A stretch of 64,000 nucleotides of DNA from Thermoanaerobaculia bacterium. Lineage in GTDB: Bacteria > Acidobacteriota > Thermoanaerobaculia > Multivoradales > Multivoraceae. Shown here piece by piece: positions 1-10,253 of the stretch. The translations under genes were made by a program, and so were the position numbers. The stretch covers positions 3,040,001-3,104,000 of the forward strand of contig OY761158.1 in assembly GCA_963664405.1 (NCBI GenBank), in the 5' to 3' direction. The notes beneath the pieces are model-generated. The model had not been told where the DNA came from. It saw only the letters and a list, made by a program, of their open reading frames with translations, and searched no databases. How positions within the stretch are numbered: the first letter of the stretch is position 1; every line of letters begins with the position of its first letter.

Positions 1-78
1 GGGCCGGATACAATCCTCTGTGCTTGTCGCCACTGCGGGTGCCAAGCCCCTCCTTGGTTGGTCCGAGAAGGAGAACAG

Positions 79-3000
79 ATGTCGATGTCGCGCTCATTCC
101 TGTCGGTTCTGGTCCTGCTCGTCTCTCTGTGCCTGCCCGGCCTGGCGTTTGGCCAGGTCGCCGGTTCGGTGTCGGGAGTGGTGAAGGACGCGGAAGGCAA
201 CGCCCTGCCGGGCGTTTCGGTTATCGTCAGTGGCGCGGCTCTTCAGCGAGAGAGCCTGCGCGCAGTCACCGATGCCGATGGCGCCTACCGAGTCTCGCCG
301 CTGCCTCCGGGTGCTTACGCCATGCGCTTCGAGCTCGACAGCTTCGCCCCCCAGGGCTTCGACGAAATACGGGTAGGTGTCAACGCCCGCGTCACCCTGG
401 ACTGGACTCTCCTGCCCGAGGCGGTGGCGGAGACCGTGGAGGTGCGGGGCGCGCTGCCTTTGATGGAGATCCAGAGGAGCGAGCTCGCGACCCGTATCGA
501 AGAAGAGTCGATCGACAACCTGCCGTTGCAGAGCAGAAACGCCGAAGATCTCGTGGTCCTCGTGCCAGGCGTCACGCCTCGGCCGGCCGAGGTTCGCGAC
601 CAGCAGTTCTCGATTTTCGGCGAGCGACCGTCGGCGACCAGCTTTCGCTACGACGGGGCCGACAATAACGATCCGCTCGACGGCGGGTCCTTCCAGCGCT
701 ACGCCCAGGACGCCATTCAGGAGTTCGAGGTGGTCACCACCGGTTACCAGGCCGAGTTCGGACGCGCGCAGGCAGGGGTGATCAACGTGCTGACGCGCTC
801 AGGCACCAATGCGGCCCAGGGCCGAGCCTTTTTCTTCAAGCGCAACGACGCCTGGGACTCCTCCAACGTCGAAGGTCAGGAGGCACCCGAGCTCTCGCGC
901 GAGCAGTGGGGGCTTTCGCTGGGGGGCAAGTTGCGGCGGGACCGCGCCTTCTTCTTCGTCGCGGGCGAGCTCCTCGACGAAGAGCGTGGTCGCAACATCG
1001 ATTTCAGCACTGTGCCGCAGTGGGTCCAAGACGGCATTTCGACGGTGGGGGGCGAGGAGAACTTCGCCGCAGGCCCCAAGATCGACGGCGAGACGCTGCT
1101 GGGCAAGATCGACTTTCTTCCCAATGACGCCCAGCGCTGGACCCTGAGCCTCAATAGCACTGTGGACGATGCCGACGGCGATATCCCCAGCGGCATTGCC
1201 GGTGCGCTGGTCTTGCCCAGTGCGGCCCGGCTGCAGGAGCGGGATTCACTGGGGTGGACTCTGAATCAGAGCACCGTCCTCAGCCAGCGTGGCGTGCTTG
1301 ATTCGCACGTTCGCCTTCTCGATGGAGAGACCGGCACCAATCTCGACAAGAACGAGCGTGCCGAGGCCATCCTGCTTCTCTTTCGCAGTGGTTTCATCCA
1401 GACCGGCGCGCAGCTTCCGGGCGGTCGGGCCGAGCGGAATATCGACCGCTTCTCCGTCGGCCAATCCTACAGTCGCCTGTCCGGCAGCCACGAGCTGAAG
1501 TTCGGCTATGAGTACCTCGACACATCTTTGGACGGCTTCGAAGAGGTTTCGAACGATGTGGAGTACTCGGCCTACTTTCTCTTTCCCAATGCCATCGATC
1601 TCAACGAGGACCTCTTCCAGAGATTCGGCTTCGAGCACGCGGCGGCCCGCTTCTTCTTCCTCTCCGCCAACCCCGATGGCTCGCTCAATCTCGATATCGA
1701 CAATGAAGACATCGGCCTCTATGGCCAGGACAAGTTGCAGATCAGTGACAACGTCATCATCGACATCGGCCTGCGCTACGACCAAGCCAGCCTCTTTGAT
1801 AATGACGACGACAACTTCGCCCCCCGCTTCGGTCTCACCTGGGACGTGGGCGGCAAGCACCGCACCGTGGTCAAGGCAAGCGCAGGGCTTTTCTACGATC
1901 AGAACGCCCTCATCGCCTCTACCGGCGTGCCCGAGAAGGGTGGCTTTTTCCGACTCAACGGCTTCGATGTCGCGCTTCCACGCCTCGGCGCTCCTTATAC
2001 CGACTCGCTGATCGACCTGGTCATCACATCAGGTTTCCCGATCGGGGGTGGGGCAAGAAGCCCGGCCGAGAATCCGCTCTACGCCCAGTTCGCGGCGGAC
2101 CTGCGCGCCAATCCTCTCCACCTCTACAACCTGCTCGGCATCAACGTGGCCGATGCCGCGAATCCACCTCTGGTCACCGCCGACAACGTGCAGGGGCTGA
2201 GTGGCCTCGGCCCCGACCAGGTGACCAGCTTGCTCGAGACCACTTATCCCGGCACCGACTGGATCTTTTTCGATGTGCCCGGTGGATCAGTCCTCGGCGA
2301 CCGAGTGCTCAGCTTCCTCCCGCGGGGTCCCCTGGACGTGACGCGTACGCTGCAGACCTACGACCGCGACCTGGTGCCCTCGACCGAGGCCTACACCCTC
2401 GGTGTCGAGCACCAACTGGGCTCCAACTACCGGGTCGCGCTCAATCTGGTGAAGCGTGAGACGAGAGACCTTCTCACCACTCGCATCGTCAACCTCTTCG
2501 ACGTTGCGCCAGGCGAGCCCGGCTTCGGCACCACGACCGACGGCGGCCCGCGGATCAGCGAGGTCGGCTACGACGGCGTCATCGACTACGAAGGTGCGAC
2601 AGTGAGCTTGTGGAGACCCTTCCGAGATCGCTGGGGCTTCATGTTCTCTTATACCTACTCGGAGAACGACGACAATCTTCTGACCGGGAACGTGGGCTCG
2701 GGGTTCAGTAACAACAATCATCCGGAGTTCGACTACGGCACCTCGAGCCTTTCGGTCCCGAACGTCGCCGTCGCCAACGTCAGTGCGCTTCTGCCTCTCG
2801 ATTTCCGTGTGAGCGCGATCGCCTTCTACCGTGACGGTCCGGCATTTTCCCCCAGGGGCATCGTCGACACGGACGGCGATGGTCTCGTTGATCAGAGAGA
2901 TCTCAGCCAGCCTCGCAACGCTTTCCGCGTTGACGAGATCTTGAACGTCGACTTGCGCGTCGAGAAGCCCTTCTCTCTTGGCAACGGCCACGAGATATCC

Positions 3001-3147
3001 CTTCTGGTGGACGCTTTCAACATCACCAACGAAGACAATGTGGCCGGCGTAAACAACGTGTCGGGCCCCGACTTCGGTACCCCCAATAGCTTTCTCCCGG
3101 GCCGCGAGATCCAGGTCGGGGTGCGCTACTTTCTCGGCGGTCGCTAG
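79..3147 (+). CDS. TonB-dependent outer-membrane receptor with N-terminal carboxypeptidase-regulatory-like domain (Oar-like)
   Basis: Signal peptide; 'GSVSGVVKDAEGNALPGVSV' CarboxypepD_reg pattern; plug motif 'DAIQEFEVVTTGYQAEFGRAQAGVINVLTRSGTN'; C-terminal 'GREIQVGVRYF'. ATG at 79 follows GAAGGAG. Confidence 0.92.
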   Translation: MSMSRSFLSVLVLLVSLCLPGLAFGQVAGSVSGVVKDAEGNALPGVSVIVSGAALQRESLRAVTDADGAYRVSPLPPGAYAMRFELDSFAPQGFDEIRVGVNARVTLDWTLLPEAVAETVEVRGALPLMEIQRSELATRIEEESIDNLPLQSRNAEDLVVLVPGVTPRPAEVRDQQFSIFGERPSATSFRYDGADNNDPLDGGSFQRYAQDAIQEFEVVTTGYQAEFGRAQAGVINVLTRSGTNAAQGRAFFFKRNDAWDSSNVEGQEAPELSREQWGLSLGGKLRRDRAFFFVAGELLDEERGRNIDFSTVPQWVQDGISTVGGEENFAAGPKIDGETLLGKIDFLPNDAQRWTLSLNSTVDDADGDIPSGIAGALVLPSAARLQERDSLGWTLNQSTVLSQRGVLDSHVRLLDGETGTNLDKNERAEAILLLFRSGFIQTGAQLPGGRAERNIDRFSVGQSYSRLSGSHELKFGYEYLDTSLDGFEEVSNDVEYSAYFLFPNAIDLNEDLFQRFGFEHAAARFFFLSANPDGSLNLDIDNEDIGLYGQDKLQISDNVIIDIGLRYDQASLFDNDDDNFAPRFGLTWDVGGKHRTVVKASAGLFYDQNALIASTGVPEKGGFFRLNGFDVALPRLGAPYTDSLIDLVITSGFPIGGGARSPAENPLYAQFAADLRANPLHLYNLLGINVADAANPPLVTADNVQGLSGLGPDQVTSLLETTYPGTDWIFFDVPGGSVLGDRVLSFLPRGPLDVTRTLQTYDRDLVPSTEAYTLGVEHQLGSNYRVALNLVKRETRDLLTTRIVNLFDVAPGEPGFGTTTDGGPRISEVGYDGVIDYEGATVSLWRPFRDRWGFMFSYTYSENDDNLLTGNVGSGFSNNNHPEFDYGTSSLSVPNVAVANVSALLPLDFRVSAIAFYRDGPAFSPRGIVDTDGDGLVDQRDLSQPRNAFRVDEILNVDLRVEKPFSLGNGHEISLLVDAFNITNEDNVAGVNNVSGPDFGTPNSFLPGREIQVGVRYFLGGR

Positions 3148-3148
3148 G

Positions 3149-4411
3149 GTGTCCCAGGCCTCTGTCGATGCGGTCCTCGCCGAGGTCGAGGAGGCCGCCG
3201 ACGAGCTCGTCGAGCTCGCTCTCGAGCTGATACGGGTACCGACCGTCAACCCGCCGGGAGAGCACTACCGCGACTGCGCAGAGCTCATAGGTCGCCGGCT
3301 GGAGGACTTCGGATTCGAGGTCGATTACCCGTGCCCCCGCCAGCAGCCCAGCCCCGCTTACCCTCGAGTGAACGTCGTTGGGACTCGCCGGGGTGAGGAG
3401 GCTCACCCGATGGTCCATTTGAATGGCCACTTCGATGTTGTGCCTGTCGGTGACGGCTGGACGGTCGATCCCTTCGCCGGAGTGGTGCGCGACGGTCGCG
3501 TCTATGGTCGGGGCTCCGCCGACATGAAGTGCGGCCTGGCGGCGGCGATGATCGCTGCCGAGGCGCTACGTCGCGCCGGGGTGCCGCTGCGTGGCTCGAT
3601 CGAGATCAGTGGCACCGTCGATGAGGAGAGTGGCGGTTTCGCCGGCATGGCCGAGCTCGCCGAGACCGGGCGAGTCTCGGCGGCTCGTACCGATCACGTG
3701 ATCATTCCGGAGCCTTTGAACGTCGACCGTATCTGCGTAGGTCATCGCGGCGTCTACTGGTTCAAGGTGTCGGCGCGCGGGCGGATCGGCCACGGCAGCA
3801 TGCCCTTCCTCGGCTCGAGCGCGATCGACCCCATCGGTCGGCTGCTCGAGAAGGTGCGCACCGAGCTTCGGCCGGCGATCGCTATGCGGCGAACGGAGAT
3901 GCCGGTAGTCCCGGAAGAGGCGCGACATGGCTCGATCAATGTCAACGCGATAATGGGCGGGCAGGCGGGGCTCGACCCCCAGACACCCTGTGTCGCCCAC
4001 GCCGGCGAAGCGATCTTCGACCGCCGCTACCTCTTGGAAGAGGGCTTCGAGGCGACCCGCCAGGAAGTGCGCGACCTTGTCGAGGCGGTCGCGGCCGAGG
4101 ATTCATCGTGGCGTCTCGAGATCGAGGATCTGCTAACGGTGCGACCGACCCAGACCCCCGACGGCGATCCGCTGGTGCAGTGCCTGGAGAACAGCATCTC
4201 CAAGCTGCTCGGTCGCCCGGCCACCCTGGTGGCGAGCCCCGGTACCTACGACCAAAAGCACGTCACCCAGATCGGGGGTGTCGCAAGCTGCGTGGCCTAT
4301 GGCCCCGGCGTTCTCGAGCAGGCGCACCAGCCCGACGAGTGGTGCGATGTGCGCGACATGGTCGATGCGGCTAGAGTGATGGCGCTAACCCTCCTCGACT
4401 TGGTTGGATGA
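3149..4411 (+). CDS. M20 family metallo-amidohydrolase (ArgE/DapE-like)
   Basis: Motifs 'NGHFDVV', 'GRGSADMK', 'DEESGG', 'AHQPDE'. Confidence 0.92.
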   Translation: MSQASVDAVLAEVEEAADELVELALELIRVPTVNPPGEHYRDCAELIGRRLEDFGFEVDYPCPRQQPSPAYPRVNVVGTRRGEEAHPMVHLNGHFDVVPVGDGWTVDPFAGVVRDGRVYGRGSADMKCGLAAAMIAAEALRRAGVPLRGSIEISGTVDEESGGFAGMAELAETGRVSAARTDHVIIPEPLNVDRICVGHRGVYWFKVSARGRIGHGSMPFLGSSAIDPIGRLLEKVRTELRPAIAMRRTEMPVVPEEARHGSINVNAIMGGQAGLDPQTPCVAHAGEAIFDRRYLLEEGFEATRQEVRDLVEAVAAEDSSWRLEIEDLLTVRPTQTPDGDPLVQCLENSISKLLGRPATLVASPGTYDQKHVTQIGGVASCVAYGPGVLEQAHQPDEWCDVRDMVDAARVMALTLLDLVG

Positions 4412-5486
4412 CGGCTACGAGGTGCTGAACATGATGAACGAGACCTTCTCCTGGTTTGTGCTCCCGCTCTTTGTGATGGCGGCCATGAGTCCGGCGCGAG
4501 GCGCCGAGAGGAGGGGTCTGACCGCGGTCGAAGGACTCAAGGTAGGTCACTTCACTCTCGACGAAAGGCCGACCGGGTGCACCGTGATCCTTGCCGAAGG
4601 CGGCGCGGTGGGGGGCGTCGACATTCGTGGCGGCGCGCCGGCGACCCGAGAGACGGATCTTCTCGATCCGGTGAACATGGTGCAGGAGATCCACGCGGTC
4701 GTGCTTTCAGGAGGAAGCGCCTTCGGGCTCGATTCCGCCGCCGGAGTGATGCGATATCTGGAGGAGAAGAAGATCGGCTTCCCGGTCGGTGTCGGTGTCG
4801 TCCCTATCGTCGTCGGCGCCAGCCTCTTCGATCTCGGTATCGGTGGTCGACCCGAGATTCGGCCGGACGCGGCGTGCGGCTACGCGGCGGCAAAAGCCGC
4901 TGGCAGCGGAGAGGTAGCCGAGGGCAACGTCGGTGCCGGCGCCGGGGCGACGGTTGGCAAGCTTGGTGGAAGGGGGCGCGCGATGAAGGCGGGCATCGGC
5001 ACCGCTGCGATCGAGCTCGAAGACGGGCTGGTGGTCGCGGCCCTGGTCGCGGTCAATGCGATCGGCGACATCATCGATCCGGCGACCGGCCGCACCGTCG
5101 CGGGTGTCCGTAGCGAGGATGGCCGCAGCTTGGCCGACGCTCGTGTGCTGCTCCGCTCCGGCGGCGGGATCCCGCCGCGGCCGCTCGAAAATACGACCCT
5201 CGGCGTGGTCGCGACCAATGCCAATCTCACCAAAGCCGAGGCGACCAAGATGGCGCAGATGGCCCACGACGGCTACGCCCGAGCGATTGCTCCGGCCCAT
5301 ATGCAGGGCGACGGGGACACGATCTTCGCGCTGGCGACCGGCGCCCTCGGCCGAGGCGCGGATGTCTCGAGGCTCGGGGCGCTCGGCGCCGACGTCATGG
5401 CGCAGGCGATCGTGCGCGCCGCGTTTGCGGCGAAGGGCATCGAAGGGCTGCCTGCGGCCGGCGACCTCGATGGCGAGAACCCTTGA
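4404..5486 (+). CDS. P1/S58 family peptidase (DmpA-like L-aminopeptidase/D-esterase)
   Basis: 'GGAPATRETDLL', 'LSGGSAFGL', 'ENTTLGVVATNA', 'DGDTIFALATG'. Start codon uncertain. Confidence 0.9.
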   Translation: MDDGYEVLNMMNETFSWFVLPLFVMAAMSPARGAERRGLTAVEGLKVGHFTLDERPTGCTVILAEGGAVGGVDIRGGAPATRETDLLDPVNMVQEIHAVVLSGGSAFGLDSAAGVMRYLEEKKIGFPVGVGVVPIVVGASLFDLGIGGRPEIRPDAACGYAAAKAAGSGEVAEGNVGAGAGATVGKLGGRGRAMKAGIGTAAIELEDGLVVAALVAVNAIGDIIDPATGRTVAGVRSEDGRSLADARVLLRSGGGIPPRPLENTTLGVVATNANLTKAEATKMAQMAHDGYARAIAPAHMQGDGDTIFALATGALGRGADVSRLGALGADVMAQAIVRAAFAAKGIEGLPAAGDLDGENP

Positions 5487-5493
5487 AGAGGGA

Positions 5494-6288
5494 ATGACGA
5501 TGAAGAGTCTCTTCGACTTGAGCGGCAAGAGTGTCGCGGTCGTCGGCTCCGGCTCCGGCATCGGGGCCGCTGCCGCCGCCGGATGCGCCGCGCACGGCGC
5601 CAGCGTCTGGTGTCTAGATCTCGATCACGATGCGGCCGAGACGACGGCCGATGCCATTCGTTCTGCCGGTGGCAAGGGCGTTGCGGGTGTCGTCGACGTC
5701 TTGGATGGCGACCAGACTCGTGCGTCACTTGCCGCGATCCAGCGCGATCACGGCGCTCTCGACGCCGCGGTGGCGACTCCGGGTGTCAATGTTCGCAAGC
5801 CCCTCCTCGAATACGACGACGACGAGTTCGATCGCGTCGTCGGCGTCAATCTCAAGGGCTCGCTACACGTTCTCCAGGCCGCGGGCGTGATCATGAAGGA
5901 GCAGGGTCGAGGCTCGATCGTGCTCTACTCGTCGATCCGCTCTCTCGTTGTCGAACCGGGTCAGGGCGTCTACGCCGCTACCAAGGCAGGCATCGTGCAG
6001 ATGGTGAGATCGCTCGCCGCTGAGCTCGGACCTTCGGGTGTGCGGGTGAACGCAGTAGCTCCCGGCGTGGTCGAGACCCCCCTGACCAAGCCGATCAAGG
6101 ACCAGCCTGATTGGTACCGGGCGTACGCTGAGAAGGGCGCGCTCGGCCGCTGGGCACGGGCCGAGGAGATGGCTGGTCCTACGGTTTTTCTTCTCTCCGA
6201 GGCGGCCAGCTACGTAACCGGCAGTGTTCTCTTCGTCGACGGCGGGTGGACCGCCGTTGATGGTCGCTTCACCCCGCCCGGAATGTGA
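5494..6288 (+). CDS. Short-chain dehydrogenase/reductase
   Basis: 'GSGSGIG' Rossmann motif, 'YAATK' catalytic motif, 'VTGSVLFVDGG'; ATG after GAGGGA. Confidence 0.93.
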   Translation: MTMKSLFDLSGKSVAVVGSGSGIGAAAAAGCAAHGASVWCLDLDHDAAETTADAIRSAGGKGVAGVVDVLDGDQTRASLAAIQRDHGALDAAVATPGVNVRKPLLEYDDDEFDRVVGVNLKGSLHVLQAAGVIMKEQGRGSIVLYSSIRSLVVEPGQGVYAATKAGIVQMVRSLAAELGPSGVRVNAVAPGVVETPLTKPIKDQPDWYRAYAEKGALGRWARAEEMAGPTVFLLSEAASYVTGSVLFVDGGWTAVDGRFTPPGM

Positions 6289-6585
6289 TCTCGCAGGTCC
6301 TCGGCGCCGTTGTCCGGCACAAGGTGCTGATCGAGGGTCGTAGCGAGCGATCGGTGGCCCTTGAGCTGGGAGTGAGCCGGAATACGGTTCGCAAGTACAG
6401 GGAGCTGAGCGAGCCTCGGCGGGTGGTGTTGGCACCGCGCCGTCGCATGGTGCTGGAGCGGGTGGCTCCGCGTATGGAGGAGCTTCTTGAGGATTGGTCG
6501 AGACGGACGACTCGCAAGCAGCGGATCACGGGGAGTCGTCTGCACAGCCAGCTGGTGTCGGAAGGCTTGGAGGTCGGGATCACGA
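6285..6585 (+). pseudogene. istA: IS21-family transposase IstA, N-terminal HTH fragment, interrupted by a group II intron
   Basis: 'RHKVLIEGRSERSVALELGVSRNTVRKY...TTRKQRITGSRLHSQL'; frame is broken at GTGCG (6586). Confidence 0.8.
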
Positions 6586-6981
6586 GTGCGCTGGGAGAAG
6601 CTGATGTTTGACATGAAGGTGAGAGTCCTTCGTCACCAAAGCCGTAGCAGGCAGGTGAGAACCGAGTCTTGCGGGCGCGCCGGTAACGTCGTGTTCGAAG
6701 CGTAGACAGGAGTCGTGCAGGGTGCAGGAAGTCAGCCCCGAAAGCACCAAAGTCGTGGAGGCCGAGCGTGTTCGTGAGCGCGAAGGCAGTATGAGCATCG
6801 CCGCTATCGCGAGGCGGAGTCGCTCCACCGGGGTCGAGGACTGTGTCACGTACGAAAGGTCGACATCGGAACCCAGGAGACCCGACCGGGTCCGACGGGC
6901 TGGTCCCCGTCGGGGGCGTCGCGCGAGGGAGAACCACAGCGCGTCGCTGAGCTGAGGTCGGGAGTCGGACTGGCTGATAGT
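6586..6981 (+). mobile_element. Group II intron A, 5' part only (DI, DII, start of DIII)
   Basis: 5' GTGCG; DI motifs 'GAAGGTGAGAGTCCTTC', 'GAAGCGTAGACAG', 'GGAACCCAGGAGACCC'; DII/J2-3/DIII 'GGAGTCGGACTGGCTGATAGT', then a new GTGCG. Confidence 0.8.
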
Positions 6982-8371
6982 GTGCGCCAGGCAGCGCGTT
7001 GATCGGGAGGGTTTGAGTCCCTCCGGCGCTCGGATGAGGGGCGTCGTATCCAAAAGCGGGGGTAATGCCTCGCTGGCCGAAGAGGGAGACAGGTATGGAG
7101 AGCTCTAAACGGGCACGAAGGGGAAACCCGGAAACAGCCAAGGGTGACCTGGAGCCAGCTCTCGTGAGACTTCGGAGGGCAGGGTGTCCACCGCGAGGTG
7201 GGATCCGAAGGGCTTGCGGAGAAGTACCGGGCCGTAGTCGATGGGGGCCACCCCGAAGACGAACCGGTCGGCCAAAGGTGGGACAAGGTCGAGCCTGCAG
7301 TATGGAGGCGAAGGCATTTTTCATCCACCCACCGCACCAAGGTGTTTGCGGACGGCACGGTACGGAAGATCAGCGTGTGACCCTGGGAGAGCTCGTCGTG
7401 TCTGCGGGTGGCACCGCGGTAACGGACCCTATAAGCGCAAGCGAAGTGGGAAGGGATGCGCGGCGAGCAGTCGGACGGTCGAGTAGTACTTCAAGCGCGG
7501 TGAAAGCCGTGTGACCGCGAGGAGCGGCAGCTGTGTGAGCTGGGGAAGGCGGCCGGCGAAGACGGTAGGGGAGAGAAGGAAGGCGAGCGAGTAAGGCGGT
7601 CGAGGCTGGATAGTTCCATGAGTGAAAAACCCGAACATCGACAGCCGAGGAGACTGGCTGACTGGATCAACCCGTCGGGAGAGAGGAAGATTCACTCTCT
7701 GATCGACAAGGTGTACAAGCGCAAGAACCTGGAGATCGCCTGGGAACGCGTCAAGTCCAATCGGGGCGCGGGCGGCATCGACGGCCAGAGCATCGAGGAG
7801 TTCTCCGAGGGGCTCTCTGAGCACCTCGACAGACTTCACGAGGAGCTGTGTCGTGATGAGTACCGACCGCAACCCGTGAGGCAGAAGCGGATCCCGAAGG
7901 CGGGCCAGCCGGGGAAGTACCGCACGTTGGGCATCCCCACGGTCTATGACCGTGTCTGCCAGCAAGCGATGCTGAATCGGTTGGAGCCGATCTTCGAGCC
8001 GGTATTCGATGCTGCCAGCTTCGGATACCGTCGAGGGCGATCCCAACACGGGGCTCTGCGCAAGGTTTGGAAGGAGATCCAATCGGGCAAGGAGTGGATC
8101 GTGGACGCGGACCTGAGGGATTTCTTCGGGAGCGTGGACCACGAGAAGCTGTTGACGCTCGTGAGCCAACGGGTTTCCGACGGTCGGGTGCTGAGGGTTT
8201 TGCGCTCAGTACTCAAAGCCGGGAGCTACGGGGAGGGTCGCCTGTTTCCGACCGAGCGTGGGACTCCGCAGGGCGGGGTCGTATCGCCCTTGCTGAGCAA
8301 CATTCTTCTGACTCCTTTTGATCAGGAGATGCGACGCAGAGGGTTTCGACTCACGCGGTATGCCGACGACT
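6982..8371 (+). mobile_element. Group II intron B, 5' part (DI-DIV up to YADD), nested in intron A
   Basis: GTGCG at 6982, 'GGGAGGGTTTGAGTCCCTCC' hairpin, 'CAGTCGGACGGTCGAGTAGTAC' J2/3-DIII, followed by an RT ORF. Confidence 0.82.
7618..8371 (+). pseudogene. ltrA: Group II intron reverse transcriptase/maturase, N-terminal half (RT0 to YADD)
   Basis: 'HSLIDKVY', 'GAGGIDG', 'RTLGIPTVYDRVCQQA', 'GTPQGGVVSPLLSNI', 'RYADD', then interrupted. Confidence 0.9.
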
Positions 8372-10253
8372 GTGCGCCACGACGGCGCGAAAGGAGTACT
8401 CATGTAATTGGGTGTTCTAGAGCAGCCTTGCTACACGAGAGATGAGGGTGGGCCCCTCGGAGCCGGCATGCAGGTGCAGGCTTCAAACCGCCACGAGCTG
8501 CGCGGGTCAAGAGCCCGGGTGGTGAGCGTCGCTGGAAAAGGCGGGACAAGATTCCGTCAGGTGTGGATCGAGGAGACGAGCGCAAGCGAACCGTCGATGA
8601 CCTGTCGAAAGCGTAGGGACGACGTCAAAACCGGAGGGAGTCGTTACTCCGGGAGGAGTCTGGGTGTTACCTGCCTACAGCCCAGGCGGCGTCCGGCAGC
8701 AAGGCGGCGTGACCTCGATGCAGGCTCTCGTGTGGAACGTGGGAACCTGTCGTCCCGATGCGAAGGGAGAATTCCAAGTGGTCGACCCATGAGGAAGAGA
8801 GTACCGATGCGGGGCACAGGGGCGGAGTCGCGCGTAGTAGTGAGGAAGGTCCTGTAATGGGGCCGGAGCGAAGGCGCGGCACCAACCAGCCGGGTCCGGA
8901 GGCCAACCGGCAACGGGAGGAGTCTTTGGCGAAGGCAAAGCCCTTTCGCATTCCCAAGCGGTGGGTTTGGGAGGCGTACAAGCGGGTAAAGGCAAACCGA
9001 GGCGCGGCAGGCGTGGATGGGCAGTCGTTGGCAGCTTTCGAGGAGCGTCTGAGAGACAATCTGTACAAGCTGTGGAATCGGCTGTCATCAGGGAGCTACA
9101 TGCCGCCGCCGGTCAAGCGGGTAGAGATCCCGAAGCCCGGCGGTGGAACGCGTCCCCTGGGTGTGCCAACCGTGGCGGATCGGATCGCGCAAACGGTCGT
9201 GAAGAGGATCCTGGAGGCCGAGGTGGAGACACACTTCCACCCAGACTCCTACGGGTACCGGCCCGGGAAATCAGCGCTTGGTGCGTTGGGTGTGGCGCGG
9301 CAGCGATGCTGGCGCTACGACTGGGTTTTGGATCTCGATGTCAAAGGTTTTTTCGACGCGATCGATCACGATCTTCTGCTGCGGGCGGTGCGTTACCACA
9401 CGGATTGCCGTTGGGTGCTGCTCTACATTGGGCGGTGGCTCCGTGCCCCCGTTCAGTTGAAGGATGGCACTCTTGAGTCTCGGGAGAGGGGGACTCCCCA
9501 GGGGTCGGTGGTTTCACCACTGCTGGCGAACCTCTTCTTGCACTATGCGTTCGACCGGTGGATGGCGCGTCACCACTCGGACATTCCGTTCGAGAGGTTT
9601 GCTGACGATGCGATCTGCCATTGCCGAACGGCGGAGCAAGCGCAGAGACTGAAGCAGGAGCTCGCGGGTCGCTTTGCGGCATGTGGGCTTGAGCTGCATC
9701 CGCGCAAGACGAAGATCGTCTACTGCAAGGATGACGACCGACGGGGGACGTACGAGAACGAGAAGTTTGACTTCTTGGGCTACACGTTTCGTGCTCGGCG
9801 ATCGAAGAATCGCTGGGGTAAGTACTTCGTCAACTTCAGTCCCGGCGTGAGCAACGCGGCGGGTAAAGCGATGCGTCAGACCATTCGGGGCTGGCGTCTC
9901 GACTGTCGGATCGACAAGCAAGTGGACGACCTGGCTCGGATGTTCAATCCGATCGTCCAGGGCTGGATCAACTACTACGGTCGGTACTACAAGTCGGCGC
10001 TCTATCCGTCCCTTTGCCATCTTGATCGTCATCTGGCTCGCTGGGCGAGGGCGAAATACAAACGTCTGCGGAGACATCGAAGGAGATCGGATCAGTGGGT
10101 GCGGAAAGTCCGTGACCGGGATCCACATCTCTTTGCGCATTGGCGCTTCATGTCGTCTCAGGCGAAGGCTGGATGGTAAGAGCCGGATGAGTGGAGACAT
10201 TCACGTCCGGTTCTGTGAGGGGGTGGGGGTGAGATTCCCCCGCCCTACTCGAC
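8372..10253 (+). mobile_element. Group II intron C, complete (class D / RmInt1-like), inserted 1 nt after the YADD codons
   Basis: 5' GTGCG at 8372; DV 'GAGCCGGATGAGTGGAGACATTCACGTCCGGTTC'; DVI with bulged A, ending ...CTACTCGAC at 10253. Confidence 0.9.
8926..10179 (+). CDS. ltrA: Group II intron RT/maturase without endonuclease domain (FADD active site)
   Basis: TTG start after GGGAGGAG; 'AKPFRIPKRWVWEAYKRVKANRGAAGVDG', 'GTPQGSVVSPLLANL', 'RFADD', X-domain 'NPIVQGWINYYG'. Confidence 0.93.
   Translation: MAKAKPFRIPKRWVWEAYKRVKANRGAAGVDGQSLAAFEERLRDNLYKLWNRLSSGSYMPPPVKRVEIPKPGGGTRPLGVPTVADRIAQTVVKRILEAEVETHFHPDSYGYRPGKSALGALGVARQRCWRYDWVLDLDVKGFFDAIDHDLLLRAVRYHTDCRWVLLYIGRWLRAPVQLKDGTLESRERGTPQGSVVSPLLANLFLHYAFDRWMARHHSDIPFERFADDAICHCRTAEQAQRLKQELAGRFAACGLELHPRKTKIVYCKDDDRRGTYENEKFDFLGYTFRARRSKNRWGKYFVNFSPGVSNAAGKAMRQTIRGWRLDCRIDKQVDDLARMFNPIVQGWINYYGRYYKSALYPSLCHLDRHLARWARAKYKRLRRHRRRSDQWVRKVRDRDPHLFAHWRFMSSQAKAGW

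Noticed and set aside
6269-7514. Long ORFs over the intron RNA domains
   Set aside because: Shadow ORFs in GC-rich structured RNA with no protein motifs
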